NCBI RefSeq assembly: GCF_009914755.1
Contig: NC_060935.1
Length of the DNA: 64,000 bases
From: the human T2T-CHM13v2.0 reference genome, Homo sapiens
Reading direction: 5' to 3' (one strand)
Part shown: positions 1 through 13,324 of the stretch, piece by piece
Position numbering within the stretch: position 1 is the stretch's first letter
How the letters are laid out: each line of letters opens with the position of its first letter
Notes under the pieces: generated by a model
Database searches by the model: none
Seen by the model: only the letters and a program-made list of their open reading frames with translations
Told to the model about the DNA's origin: nothing
Made by a program: the position numbers and the translations under genes

Positions 1-999
1 ATCTTTTCATCCAGAAACTTCCCTGAATAAAATTAATGAGTCAAGTAATAGGTAAGTGTCATAGAACTTGACTTGCAAACAAAATTTAACCTTGGGCTCC
101 CACAGAGCAAAACAATGATCTTGTTTCTTGCCTTCTTGAACAATATATAGGTATTTTCTTTGACTTTTATAATTGAGGGATCATTATGATGAGCTCAAAC
201 TAGTTGTATTCTGGTTCAAGGAGGCTTGATCATATTTTAATCAGCAACAAAATTAGCAAGCAGCTTTTAAATGGCTGTTCTGTTAGCCTAATAATAATAA
301 TAATAAAAGTTATACCTTATGGGGCACTTCACTATAAGTACACATACTCTCTCACACGTGTCCACATACATACACACTCTACATTAAAATCTTGAAAAGT
401 TAGCACAAAGACTCACTCAACCTATCAGTTTAGTTGTTTTGTCTGTAGAGGTACCAAGTCTTCATAAAATAACCATTACTAAAGTACCAAAACATTGATT
501 CAACAAAATAATATCAGTTCTTCTGCAGCCTCTTCCCCAGGAACATCATTTTTTTCTAGAAATGAAAAAGGTCGTTCTTCTCTCTTCTTCTCCTTTTAAC
601 ATACACACATATGTACACTTCATAACCTTAGAGGTTACAATTTGAAAACTAATCTTTCACTCCCTCATTCCCCTATAACTGACAGTGTTGCTTTTTGTAA
701 TACTTCCCACCTCCACAAATAATCAAAATCATTTTCCTTGTAAAGCAGAGAGCGTGTGTGTGTGTGTGCACGCGCATGCACTCTTATGTTTTGAGAGGTG
801 GTGATGGGTACACAAAACCCTTTTGGGAACTACTCTCTTGTGTTGGCTCATGGTTTTATTCAGTTTTTTAGTCTTTATGTTGCTACTCAATATATTTTCG
901 GCACAATATCTATACCTTCTTCGTCTTTTCTTCCCAAGTATATACACCCAAGACTGATTGAAGAATTAGCTTTTGGGGGGATCCAATCCCACAACACTG

Positions 1000-1000
<1 letters not shown>

Positions 1001-1039
<39 letters not shown>

Positions 1040-1046
1040 ACACACC
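1001..1046 (+). repeat. (CA)n microsatellite
   Basis: About 22 CA units with one TA interruption. Confidence 0.97.
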
Positions 1047-1846
1047 AGTATACATACAAAGAATGCCTCAGTCTGAGACCCATCAAAGTGTTAGAAGTTC
1101 TTTATATTTAATCTGAGGAATTTTAGCTTAGTGCTACACCTTTCTTTAACTCACTTACTTAGCAGATCCCATTGAATGGAAAATCAAAGTGCATGTCCTT
1201 TTCATTGACCAGTGTGGCAATTTATCAGTATTGTAAAATTCCAACATACACACAAAGACTGATTCAGCTATGACAGCCTGCATTTCATGGTTATGCCAAT
1301 TAGCTTCAAGCCTGGGGGCGGTCCCCCGTTCCCCTCAGGGAGAGAGGCATTCACACAGAATGCTGTCCCTTGGCCTTCCCTTTGAAAAAAAGTATAGACA
1401 GTCTTTTACAGGAGTTACCTACACCTCCTTCAAATGAGTATAATAATTAGACACCTCTTACTGAGCCTGACTTTAGCATTTGTTACCCCAAAGGACATTT
1501 ATTTGATAGCCTTTCTTCCCTGACCCCTTCCCCAACTAACTTGTAGACCCCTTAAAAACAGAAGCTGTGTCTGGTTCACTTCAGTATCTTCAGCATGTGA
1601 CATGGCAGTTAATAAAAATGGATTGAACTGATTTCCACATCATAGAAGTCATACCACTTAAAATAAAAATGAGTCACAAGTTATTTTTTCCCCACCATTT
1701 TCAGAGCCTTTAGACTACTTAAAGGCAGTATTTAGAATGGCATTTCATGCCTAAACGAGTGGGAATGTTGAAAGATAAACTGTTTTCATTGCTGTTTGTT
1801 TGGTCTGAATCATCTGGGAAACATGCTAATTCTACTTTTTCCCCAG

Positions 1847-1897
1847 CTATTACCCCTGTATGCACACAAGTTGAACCTAACGGCATTAAAAGAAAAG
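1847..1897 (+). other. Candidate 51-nt internal exon
   Basis: Branch-like gctaat, then tctactttttccccAG acceptor; AAG|GTAAGA donor. Confidence 0.4.
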
Positions 1898-2106
1898 GTA
1901 AGAAAAACAGATAGTATATAGCTGGGGAGGGAGGGTAGTTTCCACTTACTGAATTTTAAAAACTCATATGAGGTTGAAGTTGTTGTATCTCTTTGATCCT
2001 AAGATTAAACCCTGCCATGTGTAGCTTTGCAGAGAGCCTGGGTCTTTCTGGGAACTCTGCTACCTGGAAGTGGTTGGCTGAGCTCTGAAATTCACTGAAG
2101 TACCCT

Positions 2107-2653
2107 TGTAGGGGAGAAGAGGTTTTCCTAGACACTTTTAGGGTCTCTAGCTGGGTCTGAAAATCAAACTAACAAAAACAGATTAACAGGAGAAAAACAT
2201 ACAAATTTATTTAATAAGTCTTAGATGAGACAGGAAACTTCATAAGGAAATGAAGACCTAAAGAAACAGTTAAACTATATTTTTTATGCTAAGTTTGATG
2301 AAAAAGTGCACAGTCATGGAGAATTATAATTGGATAAAAATGTACAATGGAATGGTAATAAACTGGAGAGAACTTAGTAGGGTCTTTTTGTTCAGCTTCT
2401 TCTCTGTGTCCGTGTGTCTTTAGAGACAAGGATATTCCTTTCCTCTGGGTATAGAGAGAGCACCTGTCACATGAAGGTTTTATGACCTACTTCAGGGAAA
2501 GGTCAGAAAATTATTCTGAGGTTGTATGACCTACTCTATGGGAGAAGGTCAGAGGAAAGGTGAAAAGGATCTTTCTGCTTCGGCTGCTTCTCCAAATGCC
2601 AAGCTGTCAAGATTTTGGAGTAGTAAGTAGTACGTAAGTCCTGAACCCCATCA
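2107..2653 (-). mobile_element. ERV1 solo LTR, MER31/MER67-like
   Basis: TG...CA termini; minus strand starts TGATGGGGTTCAGGAC; flanks ccct/acct resemble a 4-bp TSD with one mismatch. Confidence 0.7.
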
Positions 2654-3499
2654 ACCTTCTAGTCATTTCATTGTTCTTCCCGCTTCACAACTGACTGTTG
2701 AAAACATTATCAAAGTCACATTTCTTGCTGCAAAGACATTCTGTTTGAAAATATTGTGAGCAAAATATTCTTAAGAAAATGGTGTTTGTTTCTGGCCATA
2801 ATGTATCTTTCTCGATACTGATCTAGTAAAAGGCCCCGAATTGAGAAATTAATGGCACACCACGGTTCAAATGCTAGGCAACAGATTCAAGTTTTAATAG
2901 TAAGTTTCAACATAACAATAAAATGTTATTTTCTCATCTCTGCATTAAGTATCATTTATATCTTCATCACAGGATTAAAACTGAATGACGCTAGAAATAC
3001 GATGGTTTACATATCGAGACAGTAACCACTGAGGGCTAAGAGAACTAGTATACAACAACACAGAACACAATCTTGCTTTGCTTCCCTCTCCTTCTCCTGC
3101 CCTCATCTTTTCTCACCTCTTTTCAAATTCCCATGGGTGTCTCAGAATTGTTTCCTACATTATGAAAATAAGCCTTTTCTTTTGTCTAAAATCTTGACAC
3201 TAGCTGAAACCCAGATCCTGGTGGCTTAACATCTATCTTGCATATGACTAAGCAAGACATATTTCACTACAAAATGGGATGCCTCCTAACAAAAATATAT
3301 GTGATAATTGCTAGGGAAAATTTTAAAGTCTGAATCCTATTATAAATTATGTGTTATAGTTGTGATATCACAGATGGAGTAGAATGTCTATTTGGGTTAA
3401 AAGAGAGGATATGGTCAGCGACGTCTGGAAAGGTTTATGAAGTCCCTACAAAGCACGTGGCATTTCATTCAAGGCAGAAAGAACATGGGCCAATGAGTG

Positions 3500-3863
3500 A
3501 GTTATAGACAGAATGTTTGTATCCTCCAAATTTCAGCCCTAACTCCTAATATTATGGTATGTAGAGGTGGAGCCTTTGGGAGGCAATTAGGTTTAGATGA
3601 GTTCATGAGGGTGAGGCCTCCATGTTAAGATTAGTATTTTTATGAGAATAGGAAGAGGTAAGAGCTCTCTGTTTCTCCACCATGGGAGAACACAGTGAGA
3701 AGGTGGCTATCTGAAAGCCAGGAGGAAGGTCTTCAAAAGGAACTAAATGTGCTGGCGCCTTGGTCTTGAGGTTCCCAGTCCCTAGAACTGTGAGAAATGT
3801 CTATTGTTTAGGCTACACAGTCTATGGTACTTTGTTATGGGACAGCCCAAGCTGACAAATACA
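3500..3863 (+). mobile_element. MaLR LTR, MLT1A-like
   Basis: gaggtggagcctttgggaggcaattaggtttagatgag ... agaactgtgagaaat ... gctgacaaataca. Confidence 0.85.
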
Positions 3864-4020
3864 AGGTAGAAGCAGTGGAAAAAAATACTATGTTCTGGGA
3901 AGTGAAAGCTTAACTGGAGCAGATGTTTGTGATATGGCAGTAGTGGAAGATTGGGCTAAAGAGAAAACCAAAATTCTAATCTTCAGTTCAGAAAAGTCTT
4001 GAATTTGATAGAAATTCTGA

Positions 4021-4518
4021 TGTATTCATTTTCTGTTGCCACTATGACAAATCACCATAAACTTAATAGTTTTAAATTACACAACTTTCTCTTACAGTTT
4101 TGTAGGCCAGAAATCTGACATGTTTCACCAGCTCATAATCAAGGTGTTGGCAAGGCTATATGTTTTTCTGGAGGGGCTAAAGGAAGATTTAATTCTGATT
4201 ATTCAGCTACTGACCATCAGCTGAGGGTCTTTCCAGTTTCTAGAGGCCATCTGGGATTCATGTCCCTCTCCTCTATCTTCATAGCCAGCAATGACAGGTC
4301 TCGTTCTTCTATTGCATCTATCTAAAGGTTTATTTGTTAGATTGGGCCCACCTGGATGATCTAGGCTAAATATCCTATCTCCAAGTCCTCAACCTTAATC
4401 AATCACACCTGCAAAGGTTTTTTGTTTTGTTTTGGTTTTTTTGCCATATAAGGTGATATATTCATAGGTTCTATGAGTAGGGCATGGACATCTTTAGACC
4501 ACCATTCTGCCTGCCAAA
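4021..4518 (-). mobile_element. MaLR LTR, MLT1D-like
   Basis: tgtattcattttctgttgcc ... cttacagttttgtaggccagaaatctga ... gggcccacctggatgatc ... ggacatcttt. Confidence 0.8.
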
Positions 4519-5009
4519 GCTGGTAAATGAAGAATTTCTAGTGATGTGATATCAGATAAATTAGCTAATATTCTATACAATTTAACTAGAAATGTGGTAT
4601 TCTATTAATATTTGAGCCTATTTTGTTAATTGTGCACACAAAGAATGAAGACTATGAGACTCTCCAAAAGTGTATAGATCTTTTTATTTCTCTTCTCATG
4701 TTCTCTTACATTCTCTTTTCCTTAGAACAAACTTAACATTTGGTAGTGAATAGGAAAATGATCCACTCTTAACACATAAAGATTTAGAATGTGGATTTTG
4801 AGAGAACTAAATATCTAGTAGGAAGTCATTTATGTTTCCTTTTAACCACAAGTAAAGACATGATAAATGAAATGTTTTCCTCCTAGAAACCAAAATTTAG
4901 AATTGGAGCTCTGTTCATAAAAATACATTTTTCTACCATGAAAAACACCAGAATTAATAAAAATGTTTAAAATAAAACATCTTTAAGAAAACATTTCTTA
5001 ATTATGTAA

Positions 5010-5383
<374 letters not shown>

Positions 5384-6385
5384 TATTTATGATTCCTTAA
5401 TACATGAGCCTATTGAAGTTGTGATGAAAGTTTCCCTCATTTTTTTCTAAGAAAATTTGTTTATTAGTAAGCTAAGGAAATTTATTTTCCTGCATTTCTC
5501 TGAGCAGTCAGATTTCTTAAGAATTAAAGTCAATGCTTTTCAAACTTTTCATGATTTGTTCAGTGTATATAAATGCTTCCATAGAGTCTTCAGATATCAT
5601 ACCCAGGAAAAAACATAGTTTCCATGGTGATCTCCTTTTCTTCAATAATCTCTTGCTCTTCCATTTCAACCAGACCCCTGTGGACCTCTATTGGCTTACT
5701 GAGGTTGTATATCAACTCAGAACAGTGGCGATGTAAGAATTATGGACAGTTGCAGGGGAATAAAAGACATTTTTTGGTCATTATACTGGAAGTTTTATTT
5801 AATCTAAATCATTGTTTCAAGTTGATCATTCTATTATTAAAGTTAGGTTGGAGAATAGAAAAAATACAGTGAAGTATAAAATCTAAAATATACTTTGCAA
5901 ATAATGTTTCATAATTATTTTTAAGGATGATAAGATAAAAGAAATTACGTAAAGCTGTCTTATAGAATAAACACCTAATCTATGGCATACAAATCAGAAT
6001 GAAAGGGTTAGAATTTAGTCTTTTCCTACATAAAAATATCCTATGCCTTCCAATTGTAAAATATTTTTGTATCATTTTTATATTAATCCTTTAAATAAAC
6101 ATAAATAATTCTGACAGTTCTCTCAGTTGATTAGGATAGCCTTGGTATTTTTTAAAAAGCTCTCTCTTTGTATTTGTTTGTGTATCTTTTTATGCTCCCT
6201 ATACGGCAACATGTAATCTTGGGGGTACAACACTCACAGAACTTTCCAACATTTAGTTCGGTGTTCCTTAAACTTTTTTAAACTAATGGATTTCTTAAAA
6301 GTCACAATAATTTTGGAACACACCACAATTTACTAATTTCAAACTTAAAACAATTAAAGGTACATGTTGTGGTAAGGGATCATCT

Positions 6386-6802
6386 GTGGTAGAGACGGTG
6401 CTACAAATTCTCCAAATTTATATCATTTTCCTCCTGGACATATGGGAGGGTTATACGTCCTGATCTTTACAGATAAATTTGGAGCAATGAACTGCATTCT
6501 GACCAATGTAATTGAGTGGAAGCAGTGTGGTCCACTTCCATGACTGGCACATAAAACCATTTGAGTGATTCTCATATACTCTCTTCATACACTCTTACAA
6601 ACTCTCTGTCCTATAGGAATCTTTTTTTAAAGATGGAGGCAACACAAGATGGAAAGATTCTGAGTCTCTGAGTAACTGTGTGGAGCACAATCCCAGCTAA
6701 CGCACATTGGATTGTGACATGAGAAAAAGATAAATATTTATTAACGTAAGCCACAAAAATCTGTTCCTTATTGCAGCAACCAACCCTACTTATCTCAATA
6801 CA
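6386..6802 (+). mobile_element. MaLR LTR, MLT1I/J-like
   Basis: tgtggtagag start; aagatggaggcaacacaagatggaaag core; ...aataca end. Confidence 0.7.
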
Positions 6803-6980
6803 ATATTTTATATAGATTTTAGTATGTGAACATAACAAACACCAACAGTTTTAGATAAATGTATTATTAAAAAAAATTTCTTATCATTTCCCATCAAACC
6901 TGAGAATAGCAGAAATAATTCAAATTTATCATCAAGGTGCCTTGGTCCCACTAGAGCGTAGCTTGAGAACCACTGCTTCT

Positions 6981-7055
6981 TCTTCTTCTCCTCCTCCTTC
7001 TTCTTCTTTTTAATTTTAATTTTACTTTAAGTTCTGGGATACATGCGCAGAATGT
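6981..7055 (-). mobile_element. Very short L1PA 3' end with (CTT)n/T-rich tail
   Basis: tactttaagttctgggatacatgcgcagaatgt matches an L1PA7-like terminus; degraded TSD gaaccactgcttct / gaaccagtacttgt. Confidence 0.7.
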
Positions 7056-7149
7056 GAACCAGTACTTGTAAATGAAATAAAGTATGTCATGAAACCTAGA
7101 TCATCAAGGCTTATCTGTACTTGATTGAGGCAGGTGACTTCTTTAAAAT

Positions 7150-8532
7150 TTTCTTTTTTTTAAAAATTATACTTTAAGTTCTAGAGTACATGTGCACAAT
7201 GTGCAGGTTTGTTACATATGTATACATGTGCCATGTTGGTGTGCTGCACCCATTAACTCATCATTTACATTAGGTATATCTCCTAATGCTATCCCTCCCC
7301 GCTCCCCCCACCCCACGACAGGCCCCATTGTGTAATGTTCCCCTTCCCGTGTCCAAGTGTTCTCATTGTTCAATTCCCACCTATGAGTGAGAACATGTGG
7401 TGTTTGGTTTTTTGTCCTTGTGATAGTTTGCTGAGAATGATGGTTTCCAGCTTCATCCATGTCCCTACAAAGGACAGGAACTCATCATTTTTTATGGCTG
7501 CATAGTATTCTGTGATGCATATATGCCACATTTTCTTAATCCAGTCTATCACTGATGGACATTTGGGTTGGTTCCAAGTCTTTGCTATTGTGAATAGTGC
7601 CGCAGTGAACATTTGTGTGCATGTGTCTTTATAGCAGCATGATTTATAATCCTTTGGATATATACCCAGTAATGGGATGGCTGGGTCAAATGGTATTTCT
7701 AGTTCTAGATCCCTGAGGAATCGCCACACTGTCTTCCACAATCATTGAACTAGTTTACAGTCCCACCAACAGTGTAAAAGTGTTCCTATTTCTCCACATC
7801 CTCTCTAGCACCTGTTGTTTCCTGACTTTTTAATGGTCACCATTCTAACTGGTGTGAGATGGTATCTCATTGTGGTTTTGATTTGCATTTCTCTGATGGC
7901 CAGTGATGATGAGAATTTTTTCATGTGTCTTTTGGCTGCATAAATGTCTTCTTTTGAGAAGTGTCTGTTCATATCCTTCACCTACTTTTTGATGGGGTTG
8001 TTTGTTTTTTTCTTGTAAGTTTGTTTGAGTTCTTTGTAGATTCTGGATATTAGCCTTTTTCAGATGAGTAGATTGCAAAAATTTTCTCCCATTCTGTAGG
8101 TTGCCTGTTCACTCTGATGGTGGTTTCTTTTGCTGTGCAGAAGCTCTTTAGTTTAATTAGATCCCATTTGTCAATTTTGGCTTTTGTTGCCACTGCTTTT
8201 GGTGTTTTAGACATGAAGTCCTTGTCCATGCCTATGTCCTGAATGCTATTGCCTAGGTTTTCTTCTAGGGTTTTTATGGTTTTAGGTTTAACATTTAAGT
8301 CTTTAATCCACCTTGAATTATTTTTTGTATACGGTGTAAGGAAGGGATCCAGTTTCAGCTTTCTACATATGGCTAGCCAGTTTTCCCAGCACCATTTATT
8401 AAACAGGGAATCCTTTCCCCATTTCTTGTTTTTGTCAGGTTTGTCAAAGATCAGATGGTTGTAGGTGTGTCATATTATTTCTGAGGGTCCTGTTCTGTTC
8501 CATTGGTCTATATCTCTCTTTTGGTACCAGTA
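7150..8532 (-). mobile_element. 5'-truncated L1PA (L1PA4/5-like): 3' UTR plus end of ORF2
   Basis: Canonical L1PA 3' UTR; ORF 7370-7741 ([37 protein letters not shown]) is the L1 ORF2p C-terminus. Confidence 0.97.
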
Positions 8533-8989
8533 TGCCTGGAATCAGCATTGGCCTACAATGCCGGGTGGAGCTCTCTGATCCCAGACCAGAACCTTTGGAC
8601 TCACGTTGTCATTTCTTTTCTTTGGGGCTCTCTTTAATCCTCTACTCTGTGGTAGAGTTAACCAAATGCTCCAAGGAACTCTGGACTCATGCCTGTGTGT
8701 TCTTCCAAGAACCCAGTGGTTCCAGGAGGGTAGCCTGTCAAGCAGATTGTTCCTGAAGACCAGAAAGATATTTCATTCATGGGATCACATTAAATTAGAA
8801 AGCCATTACGGTTCTAGCATCCTTATTTGGGATAACTCAAATTATTTACAGACAGGTGCTCCACACAAAAAATTTATTCAAGACCCTAAAAACCTTAAGG
8901 AAATCTCAAATGCCATTGTATTAAGGTTAACAAATGAAATATAAAATATTTAATTTTGGGAAGACGCATAGAATTTACAAGGGATATAT

Positions 8990-9870
8990 AGTATTTATAA
9001 AGAAAACAGGAAATGATGGACTGGTAACAATGGCATAGGAAGAAGGGATGTTGTTATATGTAGGTCATTGTCAAGGTCCTAACTTTAGTTTGCAGTGACG
9101 GATTTGCAGGTATTTATTAAACTGTGAAAAAAAATGACAATTCATTCATAAACCAATGGTGACAGTATACCATAAACAAGAAATATGATTAATAAAATTG
9201 TGTCCACCTGAGTCCAAAAAACAAAAATAAAAAGTAAAAAAAAAAAATAAGCAAAACAGAATAAAGCCAAGCAACAGACTTAGAATAAATAAAAATATAA
9301 AGAAGAACATAACAAATAATAAAAATAGCCTTTTGAATTACTGGAAAAGAATAGACTCTTTAATAAATAGCTTTAGCACAATTAACTATTCATCACAATA
9401 CCTCACAATATACACTTGAATAAATTCTAAATGTTTTAAAAGAAAATAGTAAAATAAAATTTTAAAAATAGGAAAAATAAAAATTTAAGAATGTTTATAC
9501 GCCATTGAGAAGACAAAAAATTAATCTGTCAATTACAAAGAAATAATTAGCAGATGTCCCTAGATTTTAACAATTTAAAATTTGACTTAAAACCTTGGTA
9601 TGACTAGTTATAAATAATGTTTCAAGAAAAAGGGTGGTTTGTAAAAAAATGTATGCACTCTAATATAATGAAGGGAAAATTTATAGGATATATGAAGATA
9701 ATCAGAAAAATCATAAATGACCTAATAGAAAAATAGGAGAAATGTATGCACAGTTAAGACACCTTGATGGTTGGAGGTTTGTGATTGTTTAAATTGGTAG
9801 CATTGATGGAAGCGCAATTTGCCAATATATATAATAATTTTAATCGCACATACCTTTAAATGGCCTGGCA
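8990..9870 (+). mobile_element. Ancient L1M fragments (L1MC-like 3' end, L1ME-like ORF2)
   Basis: A-rich; accaatggtgacagt...tatgattaat...gtgtccacctgagtcc motif and decayed ORF2-like text. Confidence 0.55.
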
Positions 9871-9883
9871 ATTATATTCCTAT

Positions 9884-10452
9884 CAGCATTAGTAAGATAT
9901 CTTTTGGTTGTGATTGAGAGAAAAGCTAACAAAGTGGCTTAGGCAGCAAAAGGAAATTTACTGGCTCGCATCATTGTAAAGTCCAGAGCTAGTTCTTGTT
10001 GGCATCAGAAACATCTTGTTTCAGGGATTAACAATAGGTCAACAGGGCTTACTTCTTTTTCTGCTTCTTGGCTCTGCTTCCACTATTTTGGCTCCATTCC
10101 CAGACAGGTTCATTCATGGTAGTGGCAGAAAGATTTTAGTGCTTTCAACATTGTATTGTAACAAGCTTACAGTCAGCAGAAAATATTGTTTCTCTTTCTT
10201 CCAAATTAAGAGAAAGCCATGGTGCTTATGGGCCAGATGTGTCATGTGCCCATCTGCAAACCAAACTATGTGTCTGTGGTATAGAATACTTAAAGTGGCA
10301 TCAGCCTAAAGCTCATGCTCCTCCCTAACTGGGTAGGATCTTCCCTGAATTACTTAGCAGGGCGATGGAGGAGATTCTAACAAAGGTGATTTAGATTCCA
10401 TTACTAAAAAATAGATGCTTGATGGGCCAGTGTCTTAAAGTGCTCACTATAC
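9884..10452 (-). mobile_element. MaLR LTR, MLT1K-like
   Basis: cttttggttgtgattgagagaaaagc...ggaaatttactggctc...gtcatgtgcccatc...cactata. Confidence 0.7.
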
Positions 10453-11198
10453 TAGAGAAAGGAATCATAAGGATGTTCATCATATAATTATAGTAACTAT
10501 AAATAAGAGCAATACTAAATATGCATCAATAAAGCAACATGACTTTAGTTTAACCCAGTGAAATCTAATTGTATTGGCTTAGGAAAAAAATCTCTTAACT
10601 TACAGAATTAAGTGAAATGATAATATTGCCAAATAACATAAACAGAATGGCCCTATTTCTGTAAAAATTAAATTATAACTTGTAAAGTTACATTTATATG
10701 CAATGTATACAAAGTTTACAGAATAATTGATATCAAACTTCAACACTAATGACTTTTAGAGAAGAGAGTGGACAATTGAAAGGATAAGATAAAGTGAGAT
10801 ATTTACTTTCATTGCGAATACGTTTTTATTGTATCTAATTTTATAAGGAAGTATATAAATAAAATTCATACATAAATATTAAAATGAATTGAAACCTTTG
10901 TAAATAGAAAGAATATGGAGTTATCTGCTGAGTGACCGATTGTTTCACTAAGCTGATTTAAAATAATGCTAGGGAAATAATACAAATGAAAAAAACTTCA
11001 AATTGTTTTGATAGAGATAATAAAATAAGTAACATCTGGACTTTTTATTTTCAGGGTCAAATGTGAAAGCTAATTTTTTTTTATTTTTATTTTACAAGTC
11101 AGAGCTGTTTCCATAATGAGTTGGAGATTTTTGGAGAAAGGAGCTGTATGTTATAATTTAAAGTAAGGATTCCACTTTATATGTCATATATGTTTTAT

Positions 11199-12188
11199 AA
11201 GGCCGAGATATCAGTTCAAAAGAAGCCCCCATCTCAGCAACATAAATTCTGCTAAAATTAAAGCTAGAACAAAAATCAAATTTATGGTGAAACTTTGCTG
11301 GAAGAAAGGTGAAATTATTCACGCTTTATAAAATCTTTAGGAGAACAACGTCCCAAAGAAATCAGCAGTTTACAAATGGATAACTTGCTGTAAGAAGGGA
11401 CAAGACAATATTGAAAATAAAGCCCACAGCTGCAGACTGTCCACGTTAATTTGCATGGAAAAAGGCCATCTTATTCATGCCCTAATTGAAGAAGATGGAT
11501 GCTTAACAGCACAAACAATAGCCAACACCATACACATCTCAGTTGGTTCAGGTTACACAGTTCCGACTGAAAAATTAAAGTTGAACAATGGGTGCCAAAA
11601 TGGTTTCACTCAGATCAGCTGCAGACAAAAGCAGAGCTTTCAGTGGAAGTTTTAAACATGTGAAAAATCAAGATACAGAAGCATTTTTTTCAAAGACTTA
11701 TAATCAGGGATGAAACAAAGCTTTACCAGCACAATCCTGAAGACAAATCACAATCAAAGCAATGGCTACCAACAGGTGAAAGTGGGCTAGTCAAAGCAAA
11801 CAAAAGCCAGTCAAGAGCAAAGGTCAGGGCAACAGTTTTTTGAGATGCTCAGGGCATTTTGCTTGTTGACTTTCTAGAGGGCCAAAAAGTGATACTATCT
11901 GATTATTATAAGAGTGTTTTGAGAAAGCCAAAATTTTAGCAGAAAAGGACCCAGGACACCCTCATAGCGAGTCCTCCACCGCAACAATGCTGCTGCTTAT
12001 TCCTTTCATCAAACATGGGACATTTTGCAAAAATTTCAATGGGAAATCATTAGACACCCAACTTACATTCCTGATTTGGCTCCTTTTCACTTATTTTGTG
12101 TTTCCTAGTCTTAAAAAAGCATCAATTTTTCCTCAGTTAATAACGTACAACAGACTGCATTTATATGGTTATATTCCCAGGACCCTCA
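11199..12188 (+). mobile_element. HSMAR2 mariner transposon, 5' part with degenerate transposase
   Basis: Decayed NSAKIKARTKIKFMVK N-terminus (ATG>ATA at 11242), AQTIANTI.IS.GS.YT, DET, LH.NNA and PDLAP mariner motifs, with stops and frameshifts. Confidence 0.9.
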
Positions 12189-12975
12189 TCATATGAAAAC
12201 AAGCTCAACATCACTAATCATTAGAGAAATGCAAATCAAAACCACAGTGAGATACCATCTCACACCAGTCAGGATGGCTACTACTAAAAAGTCAAAAAAT
12301 AACAGTGGCTGGCAAGGTTGTGGAGAAAAAGGAATGCTTACACACTGTTGATGGGAATGTAAATCAGTTAAACTATTGTGGAAGACAGTGTGGCAATTCC
12401 TCAAAGACCTAAAGACAAATACCATTTGACCCAGCAATACCATTACTGGGTATGTTCAGAAAGGAATATCAATTGTCTATATACAGACACATGCACGGAT
12501 ATGTTCATTGCAGCCCTATTCACAATAGCAAAGACATAGAATCAACCTAAATGCCCATGAACAATAGACTGGATAAAGAAAATGTGGTACGTATACACCA
12601 TGGAATACTATGCAGTCATAAAAAGGAAGGAGATCATGTCCTTTGCTGGGGCATGGATGGGGGTGGAGGCCGTTATCCTTAGCAAATTAACACAGCACAG
12701 CAAACCAGATATGGAATGTTCTCACTTACAAGTGGAAGCTAAATTATGAGAACACATGGACACATAGAAAGGAACAACACACACTGGGGCCTATCAGAGG
12801 GTAGAGGGTGGGAGGAGGGAGAGGATCAGGAAAAACAACTAATAGGTACTGGGCTTAATATCTGGGTGATGAAATAATCTGTACAACAAACCCCCACAAC
12901 ACAAGTTTACCTATGTAACAAACCTGCACTTGTACCCCTGAACTTAAACAAAAGTTAAATAAAAACTAAAAAATA
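12189..12975 (+). mobile_element. 5'-truncated L1PA (about L1PA13-15) inserted in HSMAR2
   Basis: ORF2 3' end plus 3' UTR (gggaggagggagaggatcaggaaaa...gtacccctgaacttaaa) and A-rich tail. Confidence 0.93.
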
Positions 12976-13079
12976 AGATTAATAATGCTGATCTTTAAAT
13001 AAATGTGCAAGGATTCAGTATATCACATATAAACCTTGACCCAATATACTAAGTAAATGTTTACAATTTTTTTAAAAAA

Positions 13080-13165
13080 GATAGACTAAATGGCCGGTAT
13101 TATCACTTACAAAAGTGTCTTGAACTTGAAGGAACTAATGTTGATAAATAAAGTTTACATTAAAA
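13080..13165 (+). mobile_element. HSMAR2 3' continuation
   Basis: gatagactaaatggccggtattatcacttacaaaagtgtcttgaacttga resumes the transposase C-terminus. Confidence 0.8.
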
Positions 13166-13324
13166 TAAATAAATAAAGCCTTTAACTTGATTAATGAATA
13201 AACCATTACCTGTAAAGCACATATTTTTAAATAGCAGTCACTCTAATTTAGTAATTCATTTATATGCAGTCCATCTGCACTAATCACTGAGCTTCTCTAG
13301 GACACAGGCTGAATGTTATTTAAT

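Noticed and set aside
1310-1345. GC box and AP-2-like motifs as a promoter
   Set aside because: Isolated 35-bp GC patch with no CpG island or other promoter evidence
7212-8464. Several ORFs including L1 ORF2-like 123 aa
   Set aside because: Fragments of a 5'-truncated, frameshifted L1, not a gene
8533-8760. GC-richer unique block next to the L1 5' truncation, a possible retrocopy or template switch
   Set aside because: No recognisable source gene, tail or TSD; cannot be supported without BLAST
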